DNA of 64,000 nucleotides from contig CM082598.2 in the NCBI GenBank assembly GCA_040954595.2, forward strand, positions 620,001 to 684,000, given 5' to 3'. Positions 1-24,785 of this stretch are shown in pieces. The DNA is from Balanoglossus misakiensis. Taxonomy: Eukaryota; Animalia; Hemichordata. Position numbers and translations under genes: made by a program. Positions within the stretch are counted from its first letter, which is position 1, and each line of letters begins with the position of its first letter. The notes beneath the pieces are model-generated. The model ran no database searches and was not told where the DNA came from. It saw only the letters and a program-made list of their open reading frames with translations.

Positions 1-522
1 TTCCGGTGCGGCTGGGATGGCACTTCCGGTAGCGACTCGTGCATAGCACCCTCATCGTTGAACACCAAGATGCGGAGATACGTCGAGAAGCTGCGATACA
101 TCTTGGAGACGTTCTGCTTGTTCAACAGCGGCGCGACATGGCAGTGGCGAATGGATGACATTGAATGTTTCTTTAAAGGCAGAGGTGGTCATTCTGTTTC
201 GCTGTTGAAAACTGACGGATTGGTCGGCTTCTACAGTAACAGCATTCGTGATTGGGCCTCAGCTCGCATCCGGTACAATAAGCTGCCAGTGGTGATTGGT
301 CGAAGAGTTGGTGGTTTGTTTTCGCAGCACTATCCCGTGGCTACCTGTTACAACTACGTGTCCTACAAATGGCGTCGTTGCTTCAAGTTCCTGATTTTGA
401 CCATTTGCGGGCCGTGGCGTACCCAGGTCAATCGTTACTGGAGACTTCAGATGGGATGGGGAGGCTATGGTGATGGTTACTACCCCGCCAAGGCATTCAT
501 GGCAGCAGTTGCTTATCCATAA
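1..522 (+). CDS. 3' end of a papain-fold cysteine protease-like protein resembling the peptidase C10 (streptopain) C-terminus; 5'-truncated by the window
   Basis: Frame is open from base 1 to TAA at 520-522. QHYPVATCY...YWRLQMGWGGYGDGYY resembles C10 GHAFVIDGY...YHVNWGWGGxxDGFF. AATAAA-like site (aataaa) near 747. The catalytic Cys region would lie upstream of the window. Confidence 0.6.
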   Translation, partial: FRCGWDGTSGSDSCIAPSSLNTKMRRYVEKLRYILETFCLFNSGATWQWRMDDIECFFKGRGGHSVSLLKTDGLVGFYSNSIRDWASARIRYNKLPVVIGRRVGGLFSQHYPVATCYNYVSYKWRRCFKFLILTICGPWRTQVNRYWRLQMGWGGYGDGYYPAKAFMAAVAYP

Positions 523-1247
523 TATTCACCAGAACCCAAAGTCCTGACTCCACGATTGGCACCAAATATTCATCGTCCCACTTTTGACTTATAATTTCAA
601 CAGTGTTGATACGAGTGTTAGCTTAAATTTCTGGTGTAGGTGTTATTTGGATTAAATTTATATTTGTTTGTTTTTTGTGGTGGTCTGGTTTGTTGAATGG
701 AAATATTCCAAATGTCAGTTTTTCTTGGTAATATTTCGAGATCTTAAATAAATTCATTTCAGCATTGAACTCTTCAGTTATGTTCGTCTTTGTTCTGGTT
801 GGTCGATTTTTGTTCGTAAACTACACGAAAACTAAACATTATACATACATACATACATTGGATATAGAGACACAGATTTTAGAGAAACTGCGCTCAACCA
901 GTATGTAAATAGTTTTGTGTCAATACGCGATTATACTAAGAAGTAATCGTTCACGTACATCCGTTAGAGGAAGCGGGCCTTTTTGCTGCTGTCACGTGAT
1001 TATAGTGATAAACGTGTAATTATGTGAAAGTTCCTTAGTTGTAGAAACACTTCTGTGAGAGAAAGCAACTGGTGCAGATTACCGTAAATCAATTGCTCAA
1101 GACGATAGTTACTGTAATTTTGTCGAAGTACGTTTCAATCGGCCACATTTATTACGCCGAAGCGACAATAACTGTTTTAGTATCAGCGCCAGGGGCGAAC
1201 ACTGAAACTCTCCCTGCAGCGAGAGAAGCTACTATACCCGCTCGGCG

Positions 1248-4200
1248 ATGTGGTTTGTCGTAGTTCTGTTGCTCTTCGCTGACATCTGTCAAGGTAGGCG
1301 TTTGGTTTCAAGTTCCACGTCCCTCTGAATACTCTCGGCTGGAAGAACATTTCCCAAATGTCCAGTTTTAGTTCTGGGGTGTTATAGCATAGCTTCTGTG
1401 CAAAGCACACGTCGTTCGCGAACATTTCTAAATCTCATTATTATCCTCCAGATATTTTTTTCATTTCTCTGTGTGTCTCTTACACACACACTCGATCATT
1501 TGAAATTGTTGGTAATGTCAAATGACGTTTAGCTAAAAGCAAATCACTGCTTTTAATCATAATGCGCCCCTTTTGTACTCATCAAGGACCATTATTGATC
1601 CCAATTTAATATTTAAGTAAATTAATCACGCACAGTTGGTTTTATTCATAGTATTCAGTCACGTATAATATGTCTCAAACCTTTCGCTGAAAGTTTAACG
1701 CACAATTATTCATTAGAATGAGCATTTTCTTCGAAAACAAGAAGGTTATTTGACTGTGTTCGCCATGTTGCCATGACATGTACACAAGCCCGAGAATCTC
1801 CAGAATTTGTTCATGTGTTTATGTACATTAACACTCTTCAGTACACGGTTTGCCAATCATGTACATTGCATTCCCTGTAAACGTATATATCAGCACAGTT
1901 CATTAGAACACCTTGCAAGAAAATGAATAAACTACGCGGGTTTATTTCGGTCAAAGGTTTTTGAACTCACTTTGCCCCAACTGAGTTCACCAGCAAGGAC
2001 GGTGACTAGATGGTACACGGAAGACCTACGTGAGAAAAATGTTCCTCATGCTTTTAATCATTCGCCGGAAGTTGTGAGAAATTCACTTTCATCGCTGAAT
2101 ATTGAAACAAATCGAAAAACCGACAGGGTAATCACACTTCCAAAGACTGGCATTTTGTGACCTATCTACTTCAACCGATTTGAACAATTAAGGGAGGAAA
2201 TCTTACACTGTCGACCTTCTTCACGCGACAAGAAAAGCGATACTGAATCAGTGTTTCTATTATCCCGTCTTTTTGATAACAGAAAAGCGAGTCAGTGTAC
2301 ATGCGTGAACAGTGACATTATATACTATAACAGATCAAAGTCTTCACGCGAGTGTAGATCATGGAGAACAAGAAGCGACATGAAAAATACTTTTCATTCA
2401 TAAGAGAGTCTTCTTTCAAAACAGATAACAACTCTCCAATTAGTTAGTTGTACCATCTGAACACCGCTGTGTTTGTAATAGACCATTTTCCGAACTCCAA
2501 GACACCTGCGAGATCTCGCGTGGCTGGCAACTTATGTGGGAGGACATTCTCCATTCCTGGCTTTCCCATACAGATATTGTTACCTTGCCGACCGAACGCG
2601 TACGTTTCCGTTCAAAAGTGAACAAAACCATGGAAAGCACAGTTACGTTCCTGTCTAGACATAACATAAATTTATTCGGTTTTATCGCTTCCTTTAAAAG
2701 ACTCTCACTTTCAGAATTATTGCTCTCATAAATGCACTGGCTATTTCTGATCATAAGTTGATTCGCCTTGCAGTTGGCTGCAGTAATATTGACAACATGG
2801 CAACACCCAGTACACGATAACTTTCAGCATCTGCAGAAAAGTAATGAAACTTTCCTTTTTTGTTCCTTTTCAGTTCTGTCAGACAAAGACATCTACGTCG
2901 GAATAAAAGTGGAAAACTCGATGTTATTATCTCACGAGATTGGCGACGAGGAACACAGCGGGACATTATTGCAGTGTGGTCTACTGTGTTTATCACAAGC
3001 GTCGTGTCGATCTTGTAACTTTGACTCCAATTCAGGGTCATGTGTTCTGAACAACGCTTCTATCGGAGAAGACATTGGCAACCTGTCCACCAAACAGGGA
3101 TCCATCTACATGGAAGTAGAAAGCATGGATCGACAGGTGAGCTTGGAAGTGAAGTGATTTCCTCCCCACAAGCAAGTTGTATTTGGTAGTGTGTGTTTTA
3201 GGAAGCTGGGATATCCATTTTCCATGGTAACACGGTAAAATTTGCATAGGTGGCCGTATACCTTGAATGCTTGGTTGCTGTTTGTGGTCGTTGTAACCCA
3301 GAAGTCGATGAGTTTGAATACCTGCGACTATCATGGTTTGAGAAATGCAATGTAATAGCTGCAATTACGTTACATGGCCTGTTGCGCTATCTAGTAGACA
3401 CGCTTCGAGTAATGTCCGGCGTTTCCATGGTAACTGCACGCTGTTCTGGTACAACTATGACGCCAATAGGCGAATCAGTTCGTAATAAAGGTATCGAACA
3501 CCGTCTTCATCTTAAGTTAACCCATCAGCGGGAATCTACAGCAAAATTGCCAAAGACTCATTTTCTTGCAGGAAAACAGTCTGCATATATTTGTGATATT
3601 AAGAAGTCAAATCTATCGATCAAGAATTCACCCAATTTGTCTTACGTATCAGGAAATGTATATCATCACTATGCAAATGATAAATGAAATTAAAGCTTTT
3701 ATCCAAAAATGAAATACTATACCAAATATTAATAAATTTATAAGCTTAACATGTTAGTTGAAATTCATCTGACGAAATGGCACCTATAACCTAGGAAACT
3801 CGATTTTATTGGAAATGTTGGATACGACTGAATGGGTTTGTGGCAATTTTGATGCCCATAATTGTGATTTTCTTGGCACTTGTTTGATCTTCAAAACGAC
3901 GCGCAAATCAATCAAAATTGGACTTTCATCCCTGAAAGCTAATATATGGTTGAAATGGAAAGGCACGGAAGGGGGAATTAAGTCAAAAATATGTGGATCT
4001 GTTTCCCGCGAGAATGACGTTATTAATCATCGAGTAATATTGGTGTTCGTTTACATGTTGCGTCTGAACACGCTTTCACTTAATCGTGGATATTCTAGCT
4101 AATATAAAAACGCGCTCTTTCACACCATTTTCTTCTCTGAACTGCGGGGTCTCCAACTACTTTATTCAAGAAAGACTTTCACAAGCTTTCAAGTAGCATT

Positions 4201-5960
4201 TCTTAACATTTGCCGCCCGTTGTGCTTGCGAGGAATATTTCACAAGGAGAATTTATTCCCACCCATAATGCAGGCTGGACTTCAAAATCCTTTTAACTTG
4301 AAGTGATTCTACTGAGCGCACAGTCAGTAGATACAAACATATACATCAAAATTGTTCATAAAACTCTTTTGGAATTCCTAATAGGTTTATCAATCATAAT
4401 ATCTGTTTTTGATTCACACAACTTAAACTCAATTTTATTACTGTTCATTTCGCCAAATATTTATCCGCTCGCGAACGTCACAAAGAAGTTCTCTCTTAAG
4501 GTCAAAATGACTTGATTGATCGACTCGATAATTTCACTTGTAACTTCGTTTTTAGTTGGAGTAATTATACTGATGCACATTAAGCGATTCTGTAAATAAA
4601 ACAATCGTCACGTTACAGTTTTTACACACTTCATATTTATGCACGGAAACTGTTAAGAGCGAGTTTTGCCTTTTTCATTAATGGTTTGGTGTGTGTTCAT
4701 TCATGGCTTCCGGTTTCAAGATCAAGGACGGGTGTGAATTTTGTATAAAAGACATTTTAACAGCTCCGGAAACATCATAAAACTGTAATACTCTGAGTTG
4801 TTTTCTGATTTCAAGGATTTCTAGGGAAACACTGGTTACATTGAATCCATTTCTCTGCAGGGGGTATCCGGCCATTAAAATGCAAGTTCAACGCGCGATG
4901 ATAGTCTGCGTTTTGATCATTGGAAACATGGGTAATCCTAGTCGCCAAGGCAACAATTAACACGAGATCTCTTATTATTAATAGACCATTTTCCTAACTT
5001 CACGAGACTCTGTGAAATCTCACATGGCTGGGCAGTTTATATGAGAGGACATTCTCATGTGATACAGGGTAAACAGCACATGAACCAGCGTGGAAAAGGA
5101 CGAATCTTGAAATTAAAAATAAGTACATGTATTAACTTAAACTTTTGAATCAGTTCATTGAAGCAATTCACTTGATTTTTTCTCTCCAACATTCTGTCTT
5201 TCAGACGTCTGAAAGAGCCTGCATCAAGAATCAGTGTCAGAACAACAGCACATGTCACGTGAGTTGTTCGGGGGACATCTATCAATGTCGCTGTCTGCAG
5301 GGATTCAGCGGGAAGTTCTGCCAATTCTGTAAGTTCCCATATTCTTGTGTTCTTTAATTGATCACATGGAATCCGTGCACAGATGTCACACCCAAGGCAT
5401 TCAACCCAATAAAAGTTGTGTGTGTGGAGATGCTTTCGCCTATGACACTTTATAAAATAACTTGACTGAAATTATCTTGTTTGATTTTACAGCGGACTGT
5501 ATTCTGCAGACGTTGGCACCATACACCTGTTACACCGGAAGTAGCCGCCATGGTGGTTCACTGTCGTTTGGATGTATTACTTCCGGTTACCAACTTCTTG
5601 GTGACAGGTATCTTACCTGTACAGACGGACAATGGAGTTCACGCTTCCCGCGTTGCGAAAGTAAGTGGAAAATTTGATTCATTATTTTAGCCAAAGGTGT
5701 GAGTGTGTGGATAAATTGAAAAACATATTGAAACACGCGAAAACTAGCCTGGTATACATGCCCTAGTGTGTTTTAGATTCACTCACTAGTGTGTCAATCT
5801 GTTACACACTGGGTATGGATACCAGGCTACACAAAAACAATCAGAAACCGTCAATTTAACACATATACATATATCCATTTATTTCCATTCAGTGTGTGCT
5901 GGTGATTGTACAACTATTCTGTGTCCTGCACAACTCCAACCTGCATATCCTATTTATTAG
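1248..5960 (+). CDS. Secreted PAN/Apple-EGF-Sushi(CCP) domain protein, ~222 aa
   Basis: Exons 1248-1293 (signal peptide MWFVVVLLLFADICQ), 2874-3136 (PAN: CGLLCLSQASCRSCNF...CVL), 5205-5328 (EGF, 6 Cys), 5493-5660 (Sushi: C..C..GYQLLG...C.DGQWS...P.C), 5893-5960. All GT-AG with consistent phases; AATAAA near 6232. The last exon is the least certain. Confidence 0.8.
2477..2552. repeat. Dispersed repeat fragment, copy 1 (second copy at ~4980-5056)
   Basis: taatagaccattttcc...tggctgg...aggacattctc is shared by both intronic sites with scattered mismatches. Confidence 0.6.
4980..5056. repeat. Dispersed repeat fragment, copy 2
   Basis: Aligns by eye with 2477-2552. Confidence 0.6.
5745..5829. mobile_element. 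Short hairpin MITE-like element
   Basis: TAGCCTGGTATACATGCCCTAGTGTG at the left and CACACTGGGTATGGATACCAGGCTA at the right form an imperfect ~25-bp terminal inverted repeat. Confidence 0.6.
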
Positions 5961-6590
5961 ATGGTGTTGGGGGCGTAACACTTGTCCAGCAGCAACGTCA
6001 CAAAAGTGTCACTATCTCTAGAAATTGTCTTGGATATTTTTATTTCTGTGTGAGCAGATTTTTATATTTCTCGATTTCTCGATGTACCACACCGGCTGAT
6101 CATTATAAACTTGTACTCTGTGTGTTGTTAACTGTACAGAAATCCTATGTTAATGAATGTCAGGTGGAGTAGTAATGTTATCTTTTGCCGGTAATATTCT
6201 GACCTGGTCTACGAATTTCTAAAGTTCACCCAATAAAGTGTTGTCAACTTTTGTGGTGTGAAAAAAACTAAAGCTTCGCGTATTTTACTTTTTACTCCAC
6301 TTTTGCACCAATCAACTGAAAGTTCCACTCCTCCCTTCTCTGACTTGTCAGACAGTGCAAGAATAGCCTAGGGTCTTTGGTGAGGGCAACACATTCGTTT
6401 GTTTTCTGGTCACCGTTCTGTGTCTGTGGCCTAATTAGGACTTACCATTGAGTGTTACGTAATGGATGACGTCGCGAAAAAAAGAATGCCTTGGATGAAA
6501 GAAAATTGTCCAAGGAAACAATAAGCTTCTTTGTGGTTTACAATAATAACGTGTAGCCGTGTTGGTATCACTGATACACACCCATACAAC

Positions 6591-17628
<11,038 letters not shown>

Positions 17629-20600
17629 CAATCTTTACAGATAAATTTCTGCCATGATCATTCTTTCAGCATCAAATATAATTCTGAATATTATTTCTCA
17701 AAAGAAGCATTGATAGGACTGCTTAAAGTTGTCATTACGAATCTGATTTTGATTTTGTATATTTCAGTTAAATTTACTGAAAACTCTTAACAGACTCTGA
17801 GTACAACTCTGCCAAGAACTTTATATGATAAAATGATCAAGATTGTTCAATTTAATTATCAAACCTAACAGCATTTCAGCCAAGACAGATTTTATTATTT
17901 GCATTGTATGTTTAAGCCTTTTGTTTTCATTTTCTTTTTTACATTTTCCACACAAGAGCATGGTATTTAGTCAAGTAAACAGTGGGTCTGTAATTCCCTT
18001 CATGTTGTTGACTTTATTGTAAAGCTTTTCAGAAATGTGTTGGATTGACAAAAAGAACATGTGTCTACATGTACATGTTACATTGTATGGAGAGAGGCCT
18101 CTAGAGAGAGAGAGACCAAGAAACAAATTTTGAAACACAGATTGATGGTCAATACCAAAAATTGTCCTGTAGTGGTTCTTGTCTGTATACGGGGGTGTGA
18201 ATTGAGTTATGACAACCTGTCACTGAGCAGATTTCAATGAACAGGAAAACATCATATGCTACCAAAAAAAACTCAGCAAAAATAATGTATAGAGTGGGCG
18301 ACTTTGTCCCTTTAACTTTAATTGTGATGAGTCACCACAACTTCGCATATGTAGCTCTTTTCTGTTCATAATTAAAATCCCTTGCCCATTTGCATTGCCA
18401 TATTTCTAATGCATAAAATCACTTCACAAATAGCAGTGTTCAGTTTGTTTGTCCACTGAACTCTCTTGAGAATGTCACCATTTGAAAGAAATATTGCTCT
18501 TCATGGGAACAGACACATCAAGCAGCTGGTCATGCACAAAGCTTTCATTCAACTCGCCAGATTTGTGATGAACGAAGAGACGTATGTCAGTATTGTGAAA
18601 ATCACAAATGATAACTCTAATGATACTATAAAACAAACACCTTGTCAAATGAATCAACCTTTTATCAAATGCTACGACCGCACAGATGGTCCTGGTCACT
18701 AGAACTGCAACCGATTTGTGCCATCAAAGAAAGACGATGACAGATAAATGTTCTGTCGGGGCTAACCTTTTCATAACAAAGTGTGTGTGTGTATGTATGA
18801 CTTTGCATGTGTGTTTGTACAGGTACATATATACATTAGTATGTGTGTGTGTGTGTGTGTCTGTGTGTGTGCGTGAATATCACCCAGTTTTGTGATTAAG
18901 CCCAGTTCCATTTCAAGTAAAGTGCATGTGACAAATAAGGCATACTAAAACATTTATCTTGTGATACAGTTTAAATTACATTTCAAATGATTTTCATGAG
19001 AGCTTGAAGCACTAGAAATTGTACAGTAGTCAGCCGTGAAATGTGCAAGAGTGAAATGTAGCCTGGAGTGATAACCGATTTCACGCTCAGATTCATTTCC
19101 AATTCTACCAAACATTTCCATTTTTGAGGTACAAAATTGTAATCACAGAAATCACAGTATCTCTAGAGAAATAATTAAAAGAGGTATGCCCTACATAATT
19201 GTTTGCTTGACCGAAAAATACTTTCTGTGATCAGTGTGACAGTTACCCAGATCATTGTAACCCAAAATCCCGGTTTATGGCGCCTGTGGCCATATGCATG
19301 CCTGTACATGCAGTCGATATCGAAGGATTTCAATCGCTAGGCAACGGTTGCTATGGAGAATATTTGAAATCAATCAAAATGAATAAGTTTGTCTGTTTGC
19401 TTTGAATAGGTATAATGTATGAACATACCAATTGGACAAACGTTTTAAACTTTAATATTTCTATCCCCCCCCCCCTTGAGATAGGCAATGACTAAAGCCT
19501 GTAGTTTTATGAAAGTCTTGTTCTGCGACCATATGGAAATCCCCAATATAATTGCAATCATTTTCCGCTTACAGGAAAATAGGGATTTGCTTTTGTCGAG
19601 TCTAATTGCCCGCCTCTATTGTCAGATCGGTGACTGATGCATAGACGTGGAAGAGTAATTAAAACAGCCACTCTGTGATGAAAGCTGATTGTTTCAGCAA
19701 CAGAATACATGTACTTTGATTCTGCCGACGGTTGAAAGACAGACAATATTAACAAAAGATTTCAACACTTGGTACCTACATGCGAACGGTTCAATTTCTC
19801 GGACAAAAAAGTGTGAATTGCCAACAGTGGAATTCGTTGTAGTTCAGTTAAAACGCGGTTAGTAACCATGGTTCAAAAGCGCGTTGATCGGATAACAGGG
19901 AACATCTCACCTCTCAGAAAATAAGATTCGTTTTGTGAAGTGACTCGTCAAATGATAACTCGGTGAGCGTGTTTGCGATGAAGAAGATGAACTCGCGCGC
20001 AACTAAGAGAAAGTTCTGGCTCTCGGGATAGGCCTGACAAATTGACGTCATTTTCAGCACTCAACACAAGCCGTTAGCGATGGACACGTCATTTTTGGAC
20101 TGGTGACAAAATCATTATGCACGGTTGCCATGGTAAGTACGACAACCACTCGAATACTAGCATTAAATGTTCAAACTTCATGTAAATATTTCAGAAAATA
20201 AAAGGAGATTGGTCAAAAGTGTTTCACCATCATTCAGAATGCCAAACACTTGACAAAACATTACAAAGACTTCAGTTTCTATTGTACTTCTGATAATGCA
20301 GGTACTTGTAAATGTCTCTATTCAAATCTATGACCATAAGGAATGTAACATTGAACTGGGACTAGCAATCATCATCTTTGGTTGAAACGATTTTGCTTTT
20401 GAGGGAAGCAATCTGAGTTTAGTGCAAAAACAGTGATAGAGGTGTATTAAGGGGGCTTCTCTGAGAGCAGCTGCTGTAAGTTGCCATTATCAGATGCTTG
20501 ACACCCCCGGGATTTGTAACATTTGTCTCCATTCAACAGGCATTAACACCATATTTACTACATGCATTGGACTGGAAGCGTGTCTTATTGTGATACCACT

Positions 20601-21011
20601 GCAGTCAGGATCCAGAAGATGATCACAAATTTACTGTTTGCTTCTGTCAGCCATTGACATTTTGCAAGGAAACGGAAGAAGGACCAATGGCTTCTACAAT
20701 TTCTGCGTCTACGTGACGTTATACGCATCTTTATAAAGTTTCCAAAGACAGCCAAACAATGTAAGTATTCTCCGTGTGTTCCATATAAAATCGTCGTGTA
20801 TTGTGTTTTTACAGTTTCTCCGCTGTCAAATCAATACTACACTATGCGTTTCGAAAATTGGAAAAAAATTATGACGTCATCAATTTCTTGTGTACAAGTT
20901 TGTCATCTTTTGAATCTGTATTTTAATTCTTACAACATAATGTTTCTCGCGCCTAAAGATAGCACTCCTTTTCAATAACTTTGTTTTCTTTTTTTAAATA
21001 CAGAACCAAGA

Positions 21012-22508
21012 ATGATTTTAAAGGTGAAAGCTGTCCTCTTCCTTTGTGTGATCACGTGCTGTGTTAGCTATCTCCATTACTATTTTTATCCAATATGTAA
21101 GTATAAATCTTGATTTCGTTTCATTAATTGGAAACTCATGGTTTGAAATGAATTTTGAAGATGTCTGGCGTGGCCCTAGCAACCATGCGCACCTACTCGA
21201 AGAAACTATATTCACCTGTGCAAGCACATATGTTCCGTTCGTTGATTTTGCCGCGTCAATATTGGAATCGTTTTATTTTTAATTCAAACATGATTCAATT
21301 CAAAGACCTGGCGTTTTTGTCAGCATACGATTATCACATATCTAATCTCGCCTGTATAGTGTCTAGGACCTCACAGAATATTGGACTAATAACGTCATGT
21401 TTCTAACATATGTTCCTCTCCTTTCCCATTTCTTCAAGTATTACACAAACAAGTCATCGTCAGCTTTCAAGATTTTCTGTCAAGAAATCAACTACAAACA
21501 GAGAAGGTAAGTCCGCCATTTCATATGTATGAACAATTTCTGTGTACTGTTGCTGTTATTACAATGCCAACGATACAGTCTATAAGTGTGACTGTTTCAT
21601 ATTTTCGTTTCCAGGAAGATGAAGAACACAACTTTTTGTCTGGGGTCGAAGATGGAAACTGGGCTGTAGATGGCCGGGTTGTGGGTGAGATGCAACGCCA
21701 GAGACAAGAGTTAATCCAGCATATATGCGCTAAATCCCGACAGGCGAGGGTGCCCTTACCAACATTTGGGTTTCGCGGTTTTGTCATTGACGACAAATAC
21801 AGATTCTTGTACTGTCCGGTTGCTAAGGTAGCCGAAGCGAATTGGAAACGCGTTATTCTTGTTCTGAAGCAAAAGGCCAACGCGACTGAAGAACTACAAC
21901 ACTTCGATGTTTTGGGGAAAGATGGCGACCTCTATCACGTGACACAAAACGGTAGCAGCTACGCCAACTACACAAAATTTTTCTTCACCAGACATCCGTT
22001 TAAAAGACTTCTCTCTGCGTTTAGAAATAAATTTGAACTTCCTGACGAGTGGGGAATGAAATTTCCTCAACAATTTGGAAGGAATATCATCGCCCAGTAT
22101 AGAGTGAATGCGTCCGAACAATCTCTGAAAACGGGAACTGACGTCTCCTTTGGAGAATTCGTCCAATATATTCTTGACAGAGCAGATGCCCCAGAAAAAT
22201 TTAATATGCACTGGAGACCAATTTACCTGAGTTGTAATGTTTGCAATCAGAAGTATGACTTTGTGGGTAAATTTGAAACTATCGAAAAAGACGCCCCATA
22301 TTTGCTGCAGAAATTACACGCAAGTCACGTCGTGAGATTTCCCCAATCAGAAACATCAGCAAAACACGTGACGAACAGTTCCCGAAGTGACGTTTACAAA
22401 AAATATTTTAGCGCTATTCCCAAAGCAAAGTTGAAAAAATTGTACGAGTTATATCGATTGGATTTTCTTTTATTTAACTATGAATATCCCCACGATTTAT
22501 TCCACTGA
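21012..22508 (+). CDS. Carbohydrate sulfotransferase (CHST8-14/HNK-1ST, Sulfotransfer_2 family), type II Golgi membrane protein, ~348 aa
   Basis: Exons 21012-21096 (signal anchor), 21439-21506, 21615-22508. Motifs LYCPVAKVAEANWKR, RHPFKRLLSAFRNKF, HWRP...C..C...YDFVGKFET, LYELYRLDFLLFNY. Probable 5'UTR exons end at the GTAAGT donors at 20133 and 20761. Confidence 0.92.
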
Positions 22509-23341
22509 TAACATTTTACATACTAGAGTGAAGTGTTTTGCTTTGTATACAGTAGTTTGGAATCTTACTAGTATTAGTGAACGTAAATCAAGTCAAACTT
22601 TGAGAAGTTCGTGCTTTGTGTAAACAAAGGGGCGTGTTCCAACCACTTATGCCGGCCAGTGACTACTAGCCTGTCCGTATAGCGTCAAATTCCGTGCATA
22701 CCGAACGTGGTGTGAATGTTTAACCTGTCCAAACATTTTTTCTTCTGTTGGGAAAGTGCGTGCAGCAATCAGGAGTAGCTTGGTAGGACAGGTAGCATTT
22801 TTCCCCAAGCCGTTTTGTGATTTTCCCCAAACTTTCAAAAGATAAAGCGTACGGTTTGAAATAAGAAATAAACTTGAAAAATGTTATAGTGAAAGCCACA
22901 TAAAGTAGAAAAGGCTCATATCCTACTATTTGATCATTGGGAAAATCAAACTATGTCATATTTTACAAAAAGTAACGTTCTTACATTTTAACACTTGTGA
23001 AAGCATTACAATTGTTAGGAAGAGTTTAGACCACGAATCATCGTGACCCGAGTTAACCCGGCGAATCAGCACCCCTTAGAAGTAATTGATCTGTCCCTTA
23101 ATTTGACCTTTGTAATAGGCTTAGTGACTATATGCTATAGTGTTGTGGAATTTGGGTGTCTCGTATTTACATTCCCCAGTCATCACGGTATGCATTATGC
23201 CTTCTGACTACTTTGATTTCTTGAAAACTTCCGGTCATAACAACTAACCAAGAAAGAGGTCGCCATCTGCCAAAACCAAGTCAATTTCAGTGATCGATTT
23301 CAGGAATCATCAGCGGGTAAATTAAGTGGTTCACAAATACG

Positions 23342-24785
23342 ATGCGAATTCGAGGTGGGCGTTCGCTGATCACCATAACACTTTCAGTGGTCCTGTTAGT
23401 GGCTGCAGCGATTGCACTCTGTGTGTGTTCCGTGGTGTATGTTCGACCAGCCCTGGAAGATATAGAAGAAGCTGAACAATTCAAACTGACCAACTGTACA
23501 GTCATTGGCGTAGTAAGAGCAGCGAAAGACTGCTCAAAAGAGTGTATGTATGGTCATTTATGTCCAAGCACTCTCCCATGTGAACAGATCCATGTCAGTT
23601 ATCTAATCGACCTGAATGAAACACTGTCGTCTATTCTCTACAGTGACATCCAAACTTTGACTTCTCAACCAGAGGTAAGTTTAAGATTCTTATATTGGTA
23701 GAGAGTTTAACGTAACTTTAACAGTGGTTAATTTGAAAATAGAGAATGGTTGTTTTTTGCTACATGTATAAGTCATAACTTCAGTGGTTGCATAATACTT
23801 AAAGAATGTTGGTATTATTCAACATGGGCTTGTAATCACCATAACATTGATATTTAAATACTTACAAAAAAGTAAATGCTTGATTGATATATATTCACAA
23901 CCAGGCTTATCTTTATTAATGAACCATTGTTCATGACTGCTTTAACCCTTTGAACACTGCATTACTTTTGTCAAAATGTGGTGTGAAACATTTTCACCCA
24001 TTTTCTCTTCTTTGCTACCTTACCCGGTAATTTTATACCAAGTGGTCCAATCAAAATTTGTGAAAAAATGTGGAAAAAAATCCGAGGGGTTATTGTTTGA
24101 AAGATGACGACAAGCTGTGACGTTGAAAGGGTTTAAAAATCCTTTGATGTCAATTGTTAACACTCACCTTGGCTCCATCTGCTTCACCAACATTGCCCTT
24201 GGCACATCATAACATAAACCAGTGAAATTGATCTGTGTATGTTTCTAGGCAACTCCTAAGTCTAGCGCCCCCATGCTGCCATCAACTAATAATGATTGGT
24301 CAACTTTCCCCTATTGGCCACACTTTGAGTTCAAATTCATGAGGGTTGCATGAGAGCACTAGACTTATGAAAAGGTGTACATGTATAGATCTAGACTTCT
24401 GATTGTATTTACCATTTCTCTTTCATGTTATTTTCAGTGTTCAGCCCCAGTGTCCTGTACCAACCAACAGAATGAAAGTCTCCAAGAAGCTGTACCCCCT
24501 TTCATGGCCATATGGGGGAACATTGGATCATCCTATATATGTTACTACAACACAGAAGATCCCGATCAAGTGATACTGAGATTAAACAAACCTGATAGAC
24601 TAATCATTTTCCACGCGCTGTTCTGGCCAATCTGTGTGATGGTCGCATGTACAATAGTCTGTTTCTTTTTTATTTATAAACGACAGAAATTACAAAAACG
24701 GTATATGCAATATGTTGAACGACTAGGACTGGATGAAGTCCCGACAAATGTAGTTTATAGGAGACTTGAAATCTCTGGTACATAA
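23342..24785 (+). CDS. Calcium-activated potassium (BK) channel beta subunit-like protein (CaKB family), ~226 aa
   Basis: Exons 23342-23674 and 24438-24785. Two TM helices flank a Cys-rich loop (TNCTV, LPCEQIHVSY, CYYNTEDPDQVIL, IFHALFWP), the KCNMB topology. AATAAA near 24875. Confidence 0.85.
23946..24131. mobile_element. piggyBac-like MITE
   Basis: TTAA-CCCTTT...AAAGGG-TTTAA termini in the KCNMB-like intron. Confidence 0.45.
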
